A stretch of DNA of 63,016 bases, filler included, from Salisapilia sapeloensis CBS 127946 (GCA_023334545.1; 10 parts of 10 records of this genome joined end to end with filler, not necessarily neighbours in it); one strand, 5' to 3'; shown: positions 47,759-60,887, counted from the whole stretch's first letter. Program-made: numbers and translations. The notes: generated from the sequence alone by a model not told the origin.

Positions 47759-49600
47759 GGATAGTATTTGGAGGAGATCTTAAAAGCGCATGGTAACAAG
47801 ATCAGTCGTTTAGTTTGGGAGATCATTTAGATCATTTACTTCATTTAGATCAAATTATATGGCAAAGTACTTATAGTAGCTTTAGCAACAACAATAGTAC
47901 AGCATAAAAAGAAAAATCATGAACACAGACTGACAATTGTAGTTTAGCTAGACTACATGCATAGTAAAATTCGACAAATTTATTCGAAAGAATACACATA
48001 CAAGGTTTTCAATCTAAGAGTAACGAAATAAATATTCCAAGCATAGCCTACTGGATTGGCTGGATGGATTCTATCTTAATTATCTCATCGCCCTCAATGA
48101 AAAGCTCTCCTCGTCAATTAGATAAATAGAATAGTATATTTACATTTAGTACAGTTAGCTATCGACCTTGATGCATATCGGTGAGATGATGTCTATGATG
48201 GGCTTCACCATCATGCTAAAGCCTAAATTGGCAATGTTACTGACTGGTGTATGCAAGCATGTGTTCTATAGCTTAATAAGTGCCTTCAAGTAATCCAAGG
48301 AGGATGTGGAAACCTAGCTTCAAAATTGGATAAGCGCTACGTGGCTGTCCTGAAGCTATTAATTCACAGTCTCTGCCTACATGTAGCGCAGAATCCATTA
48401 ATCTTTGTCTCAAGGTCAAATTTTACAGATAGCATGGGCGCGATTCTACCGATATACCCATTGGATCAAGGCTACATTTTATCGACGTGTATCGTCACCC
48501 ATCTTATAAGCGGCACATCGCATCGTAGTGCATCATATACCGTTAGCTGAACTTGGCGCCTTTGGTAACTATGGGACATTATCACTCTAGTCCTTCCAAG
48601 AAGCAAAACGCAATATACCAACTGAAACGAAAACTCTCTTCCCAACGTTCTTACGATACTCTCAAGATGATCTGCCTTCATATCGCTATGCACAATGCAT
48701 GGACATGGATTCCGTAAAGATAAGCAACCAGCTACAATGGCGTTGAACTCACGAGCGGAGTAATGATTGCTAAGTTGATCTTGTCTCATGACCTTACAGG
48801 TAAAAGCGTTTTCTCTTGACTTTAATGATAATGATTTAATTGAATTCAATGTTTTCAAATACATTCGGGACATGAAAGAAGAAAATCATCTACTATCAGG
48901 TCATGGCTACTTGAAGTTTTGTGGAAGAGATAAAATACAGCGTCTTCTGCCTTGACATCATCAGATCATCTCAGGCACCAAGTTACGCCAATAACAGCAC
49001 GTAGCAGCACCGAGTCTTTTCGAATCAAGTATTGTACCCATAGAATAGTCTTCAAAAAAGCGTAGATGTGCTTTAAAATCTAGTTTATCCATTTAAATCA
49101 TCTTCGAAATTAGGCAGAACATTTCCAGTAGAATCTGCGGCTTCATCGCTCTGGGCGGTAGATTACATGTCTCTTCACAAAGATTGTGTCACAGTTTGTT
49201 ACTTACCTGGTAATTTATCGCTCACCTGGATTACCATGCATGGCATATCCGGAGAATTGCACCATGAGATCTCTGAAGTAGAGAATTTCTGCACCTCCAT
49301 TCGTTGGACACGATGCCAAATCCATTCTTGTTCGAAGATGCATGACTACACTTGCATACTCGATTCGAGTCAACTCATCGATGGATATTTTGCGAATGTA
49401 GCCACCATCCACCTGCCGCTTCCGTCGCTACGAGTTTGGGTTGGATCTGATGGATGTGTCATTATTCATTCCACCACCAACTACGTACACCTCCACTTCC
49501 AATGGCAATCTCGGATTCCGTCTACAACCAGCTCGTCGACCAAGACGGATCGACCCAAGGGCCACGCGTGATCAAGATCGCGCCGAACTCGACCAAGGCC

Positions 49601-49700
49601 NNNNNNNNNNNNNNNNNNNNNNNNNNNNNNNNNNNNNNNNNNNNTTAATTAATTAANNNNNNNNNNNNNNNNNNNNNNNNNNNNNNNNNNNNNNNNNNNN
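49601..49700. other. Artificial contig linker
   Basis: Same 100-nt linker. Confidence 0.99.
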
Positions 49701-49976
49701 ATCCCAAGACCGTGTTGTGCTTGACAAGCGCGACGGTAGACTGGTTCATCTTTTGCGTGCAAGTGGTCGATTTGTGTACTGACCTTCCTGCATGCTTTTC
49801 ATCTGCTCATCCTCTCGTTCTCGGACGAGATCGTCTTCGACGATTGTACCAAGCTAATAATAAAGGGATATCAAAGAAAAGAAGATAGGAACGATAGAGG
49901 GTCTCAACGGGATTCATGTTGCCATTAGAACACGACCCTACCTCTTGACATGGATTGATAGACGTAGTGGCTCCAT

Positions 49977-51040
<1,064 letters not shown>

Positions 51041-51042
51041 GG

Positions 51043-51094
51043 CTGGTACATACACACAACATAGCCGTTATATCGGCGATATTCGTTCAAGCAG

Positions 51095-51125
<31 letters not shown>

Positions 51126-51284
51126 CAAGAGTATTTCTCAGCCTCAGCATCCGCCGACCCTCTCGTCATGTACGAGCAAGAGTTTCGACATTGCCTTTGG
51201 CACCCCTCGCTGAACTCCCATTAGTGTGTTTCGTCCAGGCAACCCGATGCATGTAGGAAAGAACGATAGGTAGAAGTTACATAC
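51043..51284 (-). other. 5'-UTR intron of THI4 containing the riboswitch
   Basis: Donor CG|GTATGT at 51284; acceptor TACCAG|CCATG, 2 nt before the start codon; lies downstream of an Inr element. Confidence 0.8.
51085..51215 (-). ncRNA. TPP (thiamine pyrophosphate) riboswitch aptamer, cis-regulatory
   Basis: Minus strand: GUUCAGCGAG-GGGUGC-[long P3]-CUGAGA-AAUACUCUU-GG-AACCUGAU-CCGG-GUCAUA-CCGG-CGGAGGGA-CUGCUUGAAC. The TPP consensus elements (GGGUGC, CUGAGA, UACYC, ACCUGAU, AGGGA) are present and P1-P5 can pair. Confidence 0.96.
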
Positions 51285-51329
51285 CGAGTTGAAGAAGCGA
51301 AGAGTTCTTGTTGACTTGCGTAGTACGGT

Positions 51330-51347
51330 GCGAAATCGAGAATGAGC
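51330..51347 (-). promoter_or_regulatory. Oomycete Inr/FPR core promoter of THI4 (predicted TSS about 51343)
   Basis: GCTCATTCTCGATTTCGC versus the oomycete consensus GCTCATTYYNCAWTTT; about 60 nt upstream of the first donor. Confidence 0.7.
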
Positions 51348-51870
51348 AAGCTTTGCGGTTGTGAACACTCCAGAGTTGAGCACCCTCTTTCTACGAATTG
51401 CACATATCTTTCTATAACGGAAATATAGAAGACAGAAGAACTATAACGAATTGAAGATGTGCAATTTGTAAACGAGATCCTTGAGGGACGGATGGAATGA
51501 TTGTACCAACAATGTTGAAGTTTCCACGAGCACCTTTACTTGAGCAGATCTACCTCACGGTTAAGGTGTTATTGAGGCTGAATGAGTCTTTACTTTCAAT
51601 AGATGGTGGCTTTTGTCAAGGTAACTGAGAAAGTATTGACAGTCTTTGTTCGAGCTGAAATGGAACATTTATTTCGTATGAAAAGCTATGCGGAAAAAGT
51701 ATTCTTGAGTTAAAAACGACTTCGCAGCAGGGTTTGGAATATAGTCATGTAGAATTGATGGAAGTTTGTTTTTCGATTTCGTCCATAATGGTACCATTGC
51801 CTTTTGATGGTGATTTGCAGAAAGCTATTTGGCCGACTTGTACCCACAGCTTAAATTTATTTGGACACAT

Positions 51871-51970
51871 NNNNNNNNNNNNNNNNNNNNNNNNNNNNNN
51901 NNNNNNNNNNNNNNTTAATTAATTAANNNNNNNNNNNNNNNNNNNNNNNNNNNNNNNNNNNNNNNNNNNN
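51871..51970. other. Artificial contig linker
   Basis: Same 100-nt linker. Confidence 0.99.
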
Positions 51971-54900
51971 TGCTACGAAGTGCCTCGTGCAGAGACGGAC
52001 TGGTCGCTAGATAAGATCATGAAGAGGCTACAGGACTACGACGCATTGGTGCGCGATGAAAAGAATGTGTGCTGTGCGCTCAAAAAGTTTGAGTCGCGGG
52101 AGCTGATCCACTTTATGCTCACACCTACAAAGTCTCACAAGATTCACTTGCCTCGATACAACCTTAGCTTTGAGCCGTCGGAACATAATCGGTTGGAGTC
52201 GATGAACATGAGAGGGTACTACTTGGACACTCAGCAGCAACTTGCTGATTGCTTTCCTCGCTTCCAACGATACCTCGTTCTCCGGCCTGTTGATACTGGG
52301 AATAAAAATTGTCCACAGCTGCGGATTGTGGTGCCCTCTGGTATTTTGTACGGTGAGGTGCCCAACATGGTGGATGTCAAGCTACCGACTGCATGTGATA
52401 AGCAGCTTGATTATGTCGTGTACGACGAGCATCCTCGACTCAAGACCTTTGTGGCCGAAACGATTTGTGCGAGATTACAGCTAGCAGCGTTGTATGCCAG
52501 TTCCGGCAGTTCCTTGCCCGATGATCGGCTTCAGATGACCGGTGCGGAAGCAGCGCTGCAGACATTGCGTGCGTGTCGCAGTAGTCGGCCTTATTCGTCG
52601 ACGGAAGAGGCTCTGCTGAAGAATGTCGTCAAGTACGGATACACGGAGCCGACAATTCCGATCTTTGTCGAGCATTTGCTGGGTAAAGCCAACCGGAACA
52701 GGTTTTTATTCGAAATGCCAAGCGATGGACAAGCGAAGCAAAGCTACATTGATCAGAAAGACCAGTACCACGCAATGTGTGCTTCCACCCCGGCACGGAA
52801 TTGGTTGCGCCATCGCTTTAGTTTGCAGGAAGAAAAAAATATTCTTGGACATGTCGTGACGAGTAGAAATGCAAGTCTGCACGGCAAGATGGCGGCCATG
52901 GAGATCTCGTCGCCGCCTATTGATCAAACGGTTGTCAAAGAAGTGGAGCAGGAGTTATCAAAGTTGGTTCATTTGCAGATAAACAATGAGTCGAAGGAGT
53001 TTCCACTGTCCAAATCAGCGCAAAGCCAAATGGGACACGAAATGCAAGAGGAACTGGTGGAAAGTTGGAGTGCTCGGCAAAGCCATGGTCAAATGGAAAT
53101 CTCGACAAAGCTTCCTGATATTTTGAAACTAGTCCAAGAGTACTTAAACAAAGTACATCTCCTCCGGAAAACAATGGAAGAGTACTTGCATCAAGCTGTC
53201 AACCAAGCTCGAAGCAGTGACCGAGACCGCCTGTTGGCTACTGCGAATTACGTACCCAAGTTGACAGTGGTGGATATCGTGCGATCTTCTTTCAATATGT
53301 CGACGCTTGTGCGCCTAGCTCCTAGACTAAGTCATTCATCCCGCCAGGGATTTCAAAAGGCAGCTCTGATATTCATGGAACTGTGCGTACTTGAAGACAA
53401 ACTAAATCGGCTAGCGTATCGTGGGCAGCATCTGCAATCTGTGTCGCTCCAGCATTTGATCGATGACTTACACTGTGTTCGTGAGTGGGATAGCAGGGAG
53501 CACCGATTATGGCTGGTATTCGAAGTGGAAGGCTGTATCCAAATTCGGCACGAGCAGTATGTGATCGCCAAGCATTTGATCGACAACCGAGGCGCAATTT
53601 GTCAGCTCAACATGGGTCGAGGCAAGACAAGAGTTATTCTTCCTATGCTCCTGCTGTACTTTAGCCAGCATCAACCAGACCAAATTGTTCGCACTCACTT
53701 CCTCACCCCGTTGCTCAGTGAGACACGCCACTACATGCATCGCTACCTGACGGCCACTACCGCTGGACTGGCATTCTTCGAGCAACCTTTCCATCGAGGC
53801 CTGGATATCTCCTTGTATTATCTCAAGATAATGCAGGAGACTATCGAGGATGCCAAGTCGAATAAAGGGTTCATGATGGTCGCGCCGGAGCATCGATTGT
53901 CGTTAGAGCTGAAGCGGTTAGTGTATGTCAACGCCCATGATGATGAGAGTAGAGCGATTGTGGCGACCATTGATGAAATACTCCGTTCAGATCAGTATAT
54001 TGACATTCTGGATGAGTCAGATGCGCTGTTGCATCACAAGTACCACTTGGTGTATGCCATGGGTGATCCAATCCCTCTTGCCAATGGCACAGATCGATGG
54101 ACGGCAGCCCAAGCTCTTCTTCGAGTGCTCGTGAGCAATACTAGCGTTCGTACGGCAAAGCTACTTGCACAAAAGAACGCATGTTGTGTCATAAGTGAGT
54201 ACTCTGATCGACTAGGAGCATACAGCGGTCTCCGACTGAATATCAAGACCAAGTCGGATGTTGAATGGAGTAAGAAGTTTGAATGTGCGCTGGCAGAGGA
54301 CTTGATTGATAGTGCTCCCTCTGATCTCTTATGGCTTGATTCGTTTGGCAAGAACGATAACGAGACGAAAAGTAAGTTGGTGAATGCTATCACCGATGCA
54401 TCGCAGAGTCTGCAAGATCTTCTTGGGGATTCCCTCATCAAGAGCCTATCAAACTTTATGGACTCGTTGCGAGCTCTTCGTGGCCTCGTGGCATACGGAA
54501 TCTTGGAGCATTGCCTCCTGAAGCGCCATCGAGTAGAGTATGGATTGCCAGTACGAGGATCTCGCAAAAAGCGACTAGCAGTTCCATTTCGAGCTGCTGA
54601 TTTACCCAGTGATCGGTCCGAATTCAGTCACCCAGACGTCAGCATCCTGTTGACACAGCTGTCGTACTACCAGTCTGGATTAGAGGACAGGGAGGTCATC
54701 AGCATCTTCAGAACTATACTACGCCTGGATGTTTCCAGCCAAAAGTATCACTACGATAAATGGTTCGATTCTGTCAAAGATCGGCTCAAGCAGGAAACAT
54801 TCGACACGCTACGAAGCGTGGGCTTTATTAGCCTCAACGACCGAAGCCAGCGAGAACTCATCATTGCGACGTATCGGTATTCGATGCCTGTGATTAACGC

Positions 54901-55396
54901 TTTCCTCAACTACCACGTGTTCCCAACTGATACCACTCAGTATCCTCAAAGACTGTCGCGGACAGCATGGAACCTCGCTGCTGGAGAACAAGTGACGGGC
55001 TTTTCTGGGACGAAGGACAACCACCGTTTGCTCCCATTGTCGGTCAAGCAATACGAGCCGAACGAGCAGTCGCTTCGTGGTACGGATGGTAAGATGCTCG
55101 GCTTGATTTTAAAGGAAAATCGAGGCTTCGAAGTCATTTGCAGTGGCATGGCAAACTGTATCGTATGGCAGAAAGTCGTCACGTTAGCACTCAAACAGAC
55201 ATTGAGTGCGATCATTGATACAGGTGCGTTGCTCGCCGGCGTGCCTCTCCATAACGTTGCCGCCTTCCTGATCGAACGCGACAATTTTAACTTTAAGGGA
55301 GTCACGTACTTTGACACGCGAAGTGGATACGACTGCTGGGTTGTGCTAGAGAAGGAGCGTAACTTTTTATCCCGGCTTAGTGACTCTGCTATTCAA
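51971..55396 (+). CDS. Internal fragment (>1140 aa) of a giant DUF3638 + DUF3645 P-loop protein
   Basis: WLVFEVEG.IQIR..QY, QLNMGRGKT.VI.PML, DILDESD..L, RLAVPFRAADLPS.RSEFSHPDV..LLT.LSYY and GFSGTKD motifs. Open at both contig ends. Confidence 0.85.
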
Positions 55397-55496
55397 NNNN
55401 NNNNNNNNNNNNNNNNNNNNNNNNNNNNNNNNNNNNNNNNTTAATTAATTAANNNNNNNNNNNNNNNNNNNNNNNNNNNNNNNNNNNNNNNNNNNN
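55397..55496. other. Artificial contig linker
   Basis: Same 100-nt linker. Confidence 0.99.
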
Positions 55497-55637
55497 ATAT
55501 GGACCACACATTTCAATTAAACCTTTATCTACAACTTTATAAGTAACATTATAACCAATTTTTAAAATATATTGATTTAAAAATTCGTAATAAATTTTAT
55601 CAAAATACCATTTTCTATTTAAAAAATTATATAAATA
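55497..55637 (-). repeat. Mitochondrial inverted-repeat arm; duplicated internal 3' fragment of nad5
   Basis: Exact 141-nt reverse complement of 60647-60787. Reads YLYNFLNRKWYFDK...GLIEMCGPY on the minus strand. Confidence 0.95.
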
Positions 55638-55700
55638 AAATATTATAAATATATAGCATTATAGTTCATGAGATTTACATTTAATTATACAAAACAATAA

Positions 55701-57692
55701 ATGATTGATATATATATTAATAATATAAAAACACAAGTTGAAAAAAATTCAACAGTACTTCAAGCTTGTGAAAAATTGAAAATTGAAATTCCACGATTTT
55801 GTTTTCAAGAAAACTTGCAGATTGCAGGTAATTGTAGAATGTGTTTAGTTGAGGTTGAGAATTCTCCAAAACCTGTAGCTTCATGTGCAATGCCTGTAAT
55901 GCCAAATATGAAAATTTATACAGATACACCTTTAGTTCAAAAAGCTAGAGAAAGCGTATTAGAATTTTTACTTATAAATCATCCTTTAGATTGTCCTATA
56001 TGTGACCAAGCTTCAGAATGTGATTTACAAGACCAAAATATGGTTTTCGGTTCTGACCGTAGTAGATATTTCTTTAAAAAAAGAGGTGTAGAAGATAAAT
56101 ATTGCGGACCATTTATCAAAACTATAATGACACGTTGTATCCATTGTACAAGATGTGTACGTTTTGTTGATGAAATTTGTGGTATTGATAACTTAGGTAC
56201 TACTGGTCGAGGAAATAAAACAGAGATAGGTTTTTATTATCCAAATATATTAAATTCTGAATTTTCAGGTAATCTAATTGATTTATGCCCAGTAGGTGCA
56301 TTAACTTCAAAACCTTTCACTTTTAAAGCACGTTCTTGGGAATTAAAGAAAAAAGAAGGTATAGATATATTAGATGGTATAGGTTCAAATATAAAGGTAG
56401 ATATTTTAAATAATGAAATTGTTAGAATTTTACCTAAAACTAATTTTAATATAAATAAAGAATGGATTTCTAATAAAACAAGATTTTTTTTTGATAGTTT
56501 AAAATATCAACGTATTGAATATCCTTTATTTAAAGATGAAAATGGTATTTTTAAAAAAATTTCGTGGTTTAAAGCATTAAATATCATTAATAATAAAATA
56601 GTAACAAAAGATCCTTCTAAATCAAAAGTTATAATTGGAGATTTAATTGATTTTGAATCATTATTTATTTTAAAAAAACTTTTTAAAAATTTAGGAATTT
56701 CTAATATTTCTTCTGAAAAATATTTAAATTCAAAAAAATTTAAAATGAATTCGGATATTACTTCTAATTTCTTATTTAATAAATCAGTAAAATCAATTGA
56801 AGAATCAGATCTTTGTTTAATAATTAATAGTGATATACGTAAGGAAAGTTCTATTTTAAACATTCATTTAATAAATAGAATGAAAAAAGGAAATTTTGAA
56901 GTAGCTTATATAGGTAATAATGTTGATTTTACATATCCTATCACCAATTTAGGAAATAATTTTAATACATTAATAAAAATTTTTACTGGTAAACATAGTT
57001 TTTGTAAAAAATTAAAACAAGCTAAAAATCCTATGATAATATTCGGTGAAAATGTTATAAATCAAAAAAATGGTTATGATGTTATTTCAAAATTTAAAAA
57101 TTTAAATAAATTTAATATAAATTCTGTAAATTTTCTAAATTCGACAAGTTCATTAATAAATTTATTAGATGTAAATATTAATAATAAATTAAATGTAAAA
57201 AATGATTATGAAATTTGTTATTTATATAATACTGATTGTATTATGAAAGAAAATAAAAATAAATTTTATATATATCAAGGTCATCATTTTACAGAAGATG
57301 CTCAAAAATCAAATTTAATATTACCTGGATTAACTTTTTTAGAAAAAAAAGGGACATATATAAATATTGAGGGTTTTATTCAAAAAAATGAACAAATTTT
57401 AAATTTAAATACTCAACAACGTAGAGATTTTATTATTTTTAAAAATATTTTTAAATTTATAGAAAGAAAAAATAAAACTGTATGTAAAGAATTTTTAAAT
57501 TTAAAAGATATTTTTCCTTATCTGTCAAAAAATAAGTTAGTAAATATCAACAATTTTTCATTAAATAAAAAAAAATTAAAAATCAATATAAATTTTGTAA
57601 ATTCATTGATTAAAAATTCATATTATACAAATATTTTAGAAAAATACTCAAAAGTATTAATAAATTCTAATAAAATAACTAATAAATCATGA
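55701..57692 (+). CDS. nad11: Mitochondrial NADH dehydrogenase subunit 11 (75-kDa Fe-S subunit)
   Basis: IPRFC...[37 protein letters not shown] and DLCPVGAL Fe-S motifs; strongly AT-rich. Confidence 0.98.
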   Translation: MIDIYINNIKTQVEKNSTVLQACEKLKIEIPRFCFQENLQIAGNCRMCLVEVENSPKPVASCAMPVMPNMKIYTDTPLVQKARESVLEFLLINHPLDCPICDQASECDLQDQNMVFGSDRSRYFFKKRGVEDKYCGPFIKTIMTRCIHCTRCVRFVDEICGIDNLGTTGRGNKTEIGFYYPNILNSEFSGNLIDLCPVGALTSKPFTFKARSWELKKKEGIDILDGIGSNIKVDILNNEIVRILPKTNFNINKEWISNKTRFFFDSLKYQRIEYPLFKDENGIFKKISWFKALNIINNKIVTKDPSKSKVIIGDLIDFESLFILKKLFKNLGISNISSEKYLNSKKFKMNSDITSNFLFNKSVKSIEESDLCLIINSDIRKESSILNIHLINRMKKGNFEVAYIGNNVDFTYPITNLGNNFNTLIKIFTGKHSFCKKLKQAKNPMIIFGENVINQKNGYDVISKFKNLNKFNINSVNFLNSTSSLINLLDVNINNKLNVKNDYEICYLYNTDCIMKENKNKFYIYQGHHFTEDAQKSNLILPGLTFLEKKGTYINIEGFIQKNEQILNLNTQQRRDFIIFKNIFKFIERKNKTVCKEFLNLKDIFPYLSKNKLVNINNFSLNKKKLKININFVNSLIKNSYYTNILEKYSKVLINSNKITNKS

Positions 57693-58666
57693 TATATAGT
57701 ATTTTAAAAATTTTAATAATAATAGTTTGTTTATTAATATCTGTAGCTTATTTTACATTAGTTGAACGTAAAGTATTAGCTTCTATTCAACGTAGAAGAG
57801 GTCCGAATGTAGTCGGAACCTTCGGTTTATTACAACCTTTATCAGATGGGTTGAAATTAGTTTTAAAAGAGACTGTATTACCAAGTAATGCTGATATTAC
57901 CCTATTCGTATTAGCACCTATAATATCTTTTTTTTTAGCTTTATTAAATTGGACAGTTATACCTTTAGGATTTGGTATGCAATATACTGAATTAAATATA
58001 GGTGTACTATATTTACTTGCCATATCTTCTTTAAGTGTTTATGGTATTATTATTGCGGGTTGGTCTAGTAATTCTAAATATTCTTTTTTAGGGGCATTAC
58101 GTTCTGCAGCTCAAATGGTTTCTTATGAATTAACAATGGGTTTTGCAATTTTATCAGTTATAATATGTGCTCAATCATTAAATTTAAGTGAAATCGTATT
58201 AGCTCAAAATAAAATTTGGTATTGTGTGCCTCTTTTTCCTATATTTATTATATTTTTTATTTCAGCATTAGCGGAAACTAATAGACACCCTTTTGATATG
58301 CCAGAAGCTGAAGCTGAATTAGTTTCAGGTTATAATGTGGAATATTCAGCTATCGGATTCGCTTTGTTTTTCTTAGGTGAATATGCTAATATGCTTTTAA
58401 TGTGTAGTTTAACCTCAGCATTATTTTGTGGTGGTTGGTTTGCTCCGTTTCCATTTAATTTAAAATTTATTGACATATTACCTGGTTCGTTTTGGTTTAG
58501 TATTAAAATAGTTTTTTTTGTAATACTATTTATAGTTGCTAGAGCAATATTACCAAGATATCGATATGATCAATTAATGAGATTAGGTTGGAAAGTACTT
58601 TTACCTTTCACTATTGCTTGGTTTGTTTATAGTACCGTTATTTTAGTTAGTTTTAATTGGTTATGA
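57689..58666 (+). CDS. nad1: Mitochondrial NADH dehydrogenase subunit 1
   Basis: [54 protein letters not shown] and PRYRYDQLM motifs. Confidence 0.98.
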   Translation: MIYSILKILIIIVCLLISVAYFTLVERKVLASIQRRRGPNVVGTFGLLQPLSDGLKLVLKETVLPSNADITLFVLAPIISFFLALLNWTVIPLGFGMQYTELNIGVLYLLAISSLSVYGIIIAGWSSNSKYSFLGALRSAAQMVSYELTMGFAILSVIICAQSLNLSEIVLAQNKIWYCVPLFPIFIIFFISALAETNRHPFDMPEAEAELVSGYNVEYSAIGFALFFLGEYANMLLMCSLTSALFCGGWFAPFPFNLKFIDILPGSFWFSIKIVFFVILFIVARAILPRYRYDQLMRLGWKVLLPFTIAWFVYSTVILVSFNWL

Positions 58667-58965
58667 GTATATTAAATCATTTTATAGTTCATTTTTTTTT
58701 ATTTTGTTTAGGTTTATTTGGTATAATTTTAAACCGTCAAAATATTATAATTATTTTAATGTCTATTGAACTACTTTTACTATCAGTTAACTTAAATTTT
58801 ATATATTTTTCAGTATTTCTTGATGATATTGTAGGTCAAATTTTTTCATTGCTAATTTTAACAGTTGCTGCTGCTGAATCAGCAATAGGTTTAGCTATTA
58901 TAATTGTTTTTTTTAAACTTCATGGAAGTATTTCCATATATAAAATTAATTTATTATCATTATAA
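58663..58965 (+). CDS. nad4L: Mitochondrial NADH dehydrogenase subunit 4L
   Basis: [16 protein letters not shown] and [13 protein letters not shown] motifs; ATG at 58663 overlapping the nad1 TGA. Confidence 0.97.
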   Translation: MSILNHFIVHFFLFCLGLFGIILNRQNIIIILMSIELLLLSVNLNFIYFSVFLDDIVGQIFSLLILTVAAAESAIGLAIIIVFFKLHGSISIYKINLLSL

Positions 58966-58984
58966 ATTAATCTAAATACATTTT

Positions 58985-60787
58985 ATGCTTTTATCATTAA
59001 TAATATTTTTACCCTTTTTAGGATCGATAACATCCGGACTTTTTGGTTTTTATATAGGACGTGAAGGTTCTGTATTTATAACAACTTTAACAACTTTTTT
59101 AAGTTTTATTTTTTCCTTAATAATATTACATAATTCTATAATTTATAATTATGAATATTTATTATATGTAATGACATGGATAAATAGTGGTTTATTTAAT
59201 TGTAATTGGAGTTTTTTATTCGATACTCTTACTATGGTTATGTTAATTGTAGTTACAAGTATTTCAACTTTAGTTCATTTATATTCTGCAGAATATATGC
59301 ATGAAGATCCACATTTATCTAGATTTATGTCATATCTTTCACTTTTTACATTTTTTATGATAATATTAGTTACTGGTGATAACTATATACAAATGTTTGT
59401 AGGATGGGAAGGAGTAGGTTTTTGTTCTTTTTTATTAATAAATTTTTGGTTTACTCGTTTACAAGCTAACAAAGCTGCAATTAAAGCTATGTTGGTAAAT
59501 AGAGTTAGTGATCTAATACTATTATTAGGTATATTAACAATTTTTTATAATATAAGAACAATTGAATATTTCAGTTCATTTGCAGCTATTTCTATAGTTA
59601 AAGATTATAACTTTATTTTTTTTGATTATACATTAAATATTATCGATGTAGCTTGTATACTTATTTTCATAGGAGCTATGGGAAAATCAGCTCAAATTTT
59701 TTTACATTTATGGTTGCCTGATGCAATGGAAGGTCCTACACCAGTATCAGCTTTAATACATGCTGCTACAATGGTAACTGCAGGTGTTTATTTAACTACC
59801 CGTTGTTCACCTATATTTGAATATTCTATTTTTTCATTAAAAGTAATAACAATAATTGGATCATCTACAGCATTTTTTGCAAGTACAGTAGGTTTAGTTC
59901 AAAACGATTTTAAAAAAATTGTAGCTTATTCAACTTGTAGTCAATTAGGTTATATGTTTTTTGCATGTGGTTTATCAAGTTATCCTGTAGCTATTTTTCA
60001 TTTATCAAATCATGCATATTTTAAAGCATTATTGTTTTTGTGCTCAGGAGCTGTTATACATGCTATGGGTGATGAGCAAGATATTAGAAAAATGGGTGGT
60101 TTACGCCGTATATTACCTTTTACTTATATGATGTTTTTAATAGGATCTTTATCTTTAATGGGATTCCCTTTTTTAACAGGATTTTATTCAAAAGATTTAA
60201 TATTAGAAGTATCTTTTGCTAGTTTTAGTAACGTTGGGCATTTTGCATATTGGTTAGGTACTATAGGAGCTTTTTTCACTGCTTTTTATTCAACTAGATT
60301 ACTATTTTTTGCTTTTTTAAGTGAAACAAATGCGTATAAAAATGTTATAAAAAATGCACATGATGTTCCATTTTTAATGGGTTTACCTTTAGGTTTATTA
60401 GCTTTTGGAAGTATTTTCATAGGTTATATTACTAAAGATATGTTTGTTGGATTAGGTACTGATTTTTGGAATAATTCAATTTATATTCACCCTTTTCATA
60501 ATTATATGATTGATGCAGAATTTATACCAACTTTCTTTAAATTACTTCCCGTAATTTTAAGTTTTAGTGGTCTTTTTAGTGCTTTTTATCTATATTTTTT
60601 TAGATTTAGAACTTTATATGAATTGAAATTATCAAATTATGGTTTATATTTATATAATTTTTTAAATAGAAAATGGTATTTTGATAAAATTTATTACGAA
60701 TTTTTAAATCAATATATTTTAAAAATTGGTTATAATGTTACTTATAAAGTTGTAGATAAAGGTTTAATTGAAATGTGTGGTCCATAT
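58985..60787 (+). CDS. nad5: Mitochondrial NADH dehydrogenase subunit 5; 3' end beyond contig edge
   Basis: YM..DPH..RF, GWEGVG, GKSAQ..LH.WLPDAMEGPTPVSALIHAATMV and AYSTCSQLGYM motifs. Confidence 0.98.
60647..60787 (+). repeat. Mitochondrial inverted-repeat arm (within nad5)
   Basis: Exact reverse complement of 55497-55637. Confidence 0.95.
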
Positions 60788-60887
60788 NNNNNNNNNNNNN
60801 NNNNNNNNNNNNNNNNNNNNNNNNNNNNNNNTTAATTAATTAANNNNNNNNNNNNNNNNNNNNNNNNNNNNNNNNNNNNNNNNNNNN
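60788..60887. other. Artificial contig linker
   Basis: Same 100-nt linker. Confidence 0.99.

Noticed and set aside
49441-49600. Possible 5' end of a gene (MAISDSVYNQLVDQDG...) at the contig edge
   Set aside because: Too short to assign; cut by the linker.
55638-55700. Possible ATG for an expressed short nad5-derived ORF on the minus strand
   Set aside because: The nearest ATG (ATG AAC TAT AAT GCT ATA TAT TTA TAA) stops before reaching the duplicated fragment.
55497-60787. Mitochondrial genes amid nuclear genes as a NUMT or horizontal transfer
   Set aside because: They occupy their own linker-bounded contig with intact ORFs; this is simply the mitochondrial assembly.
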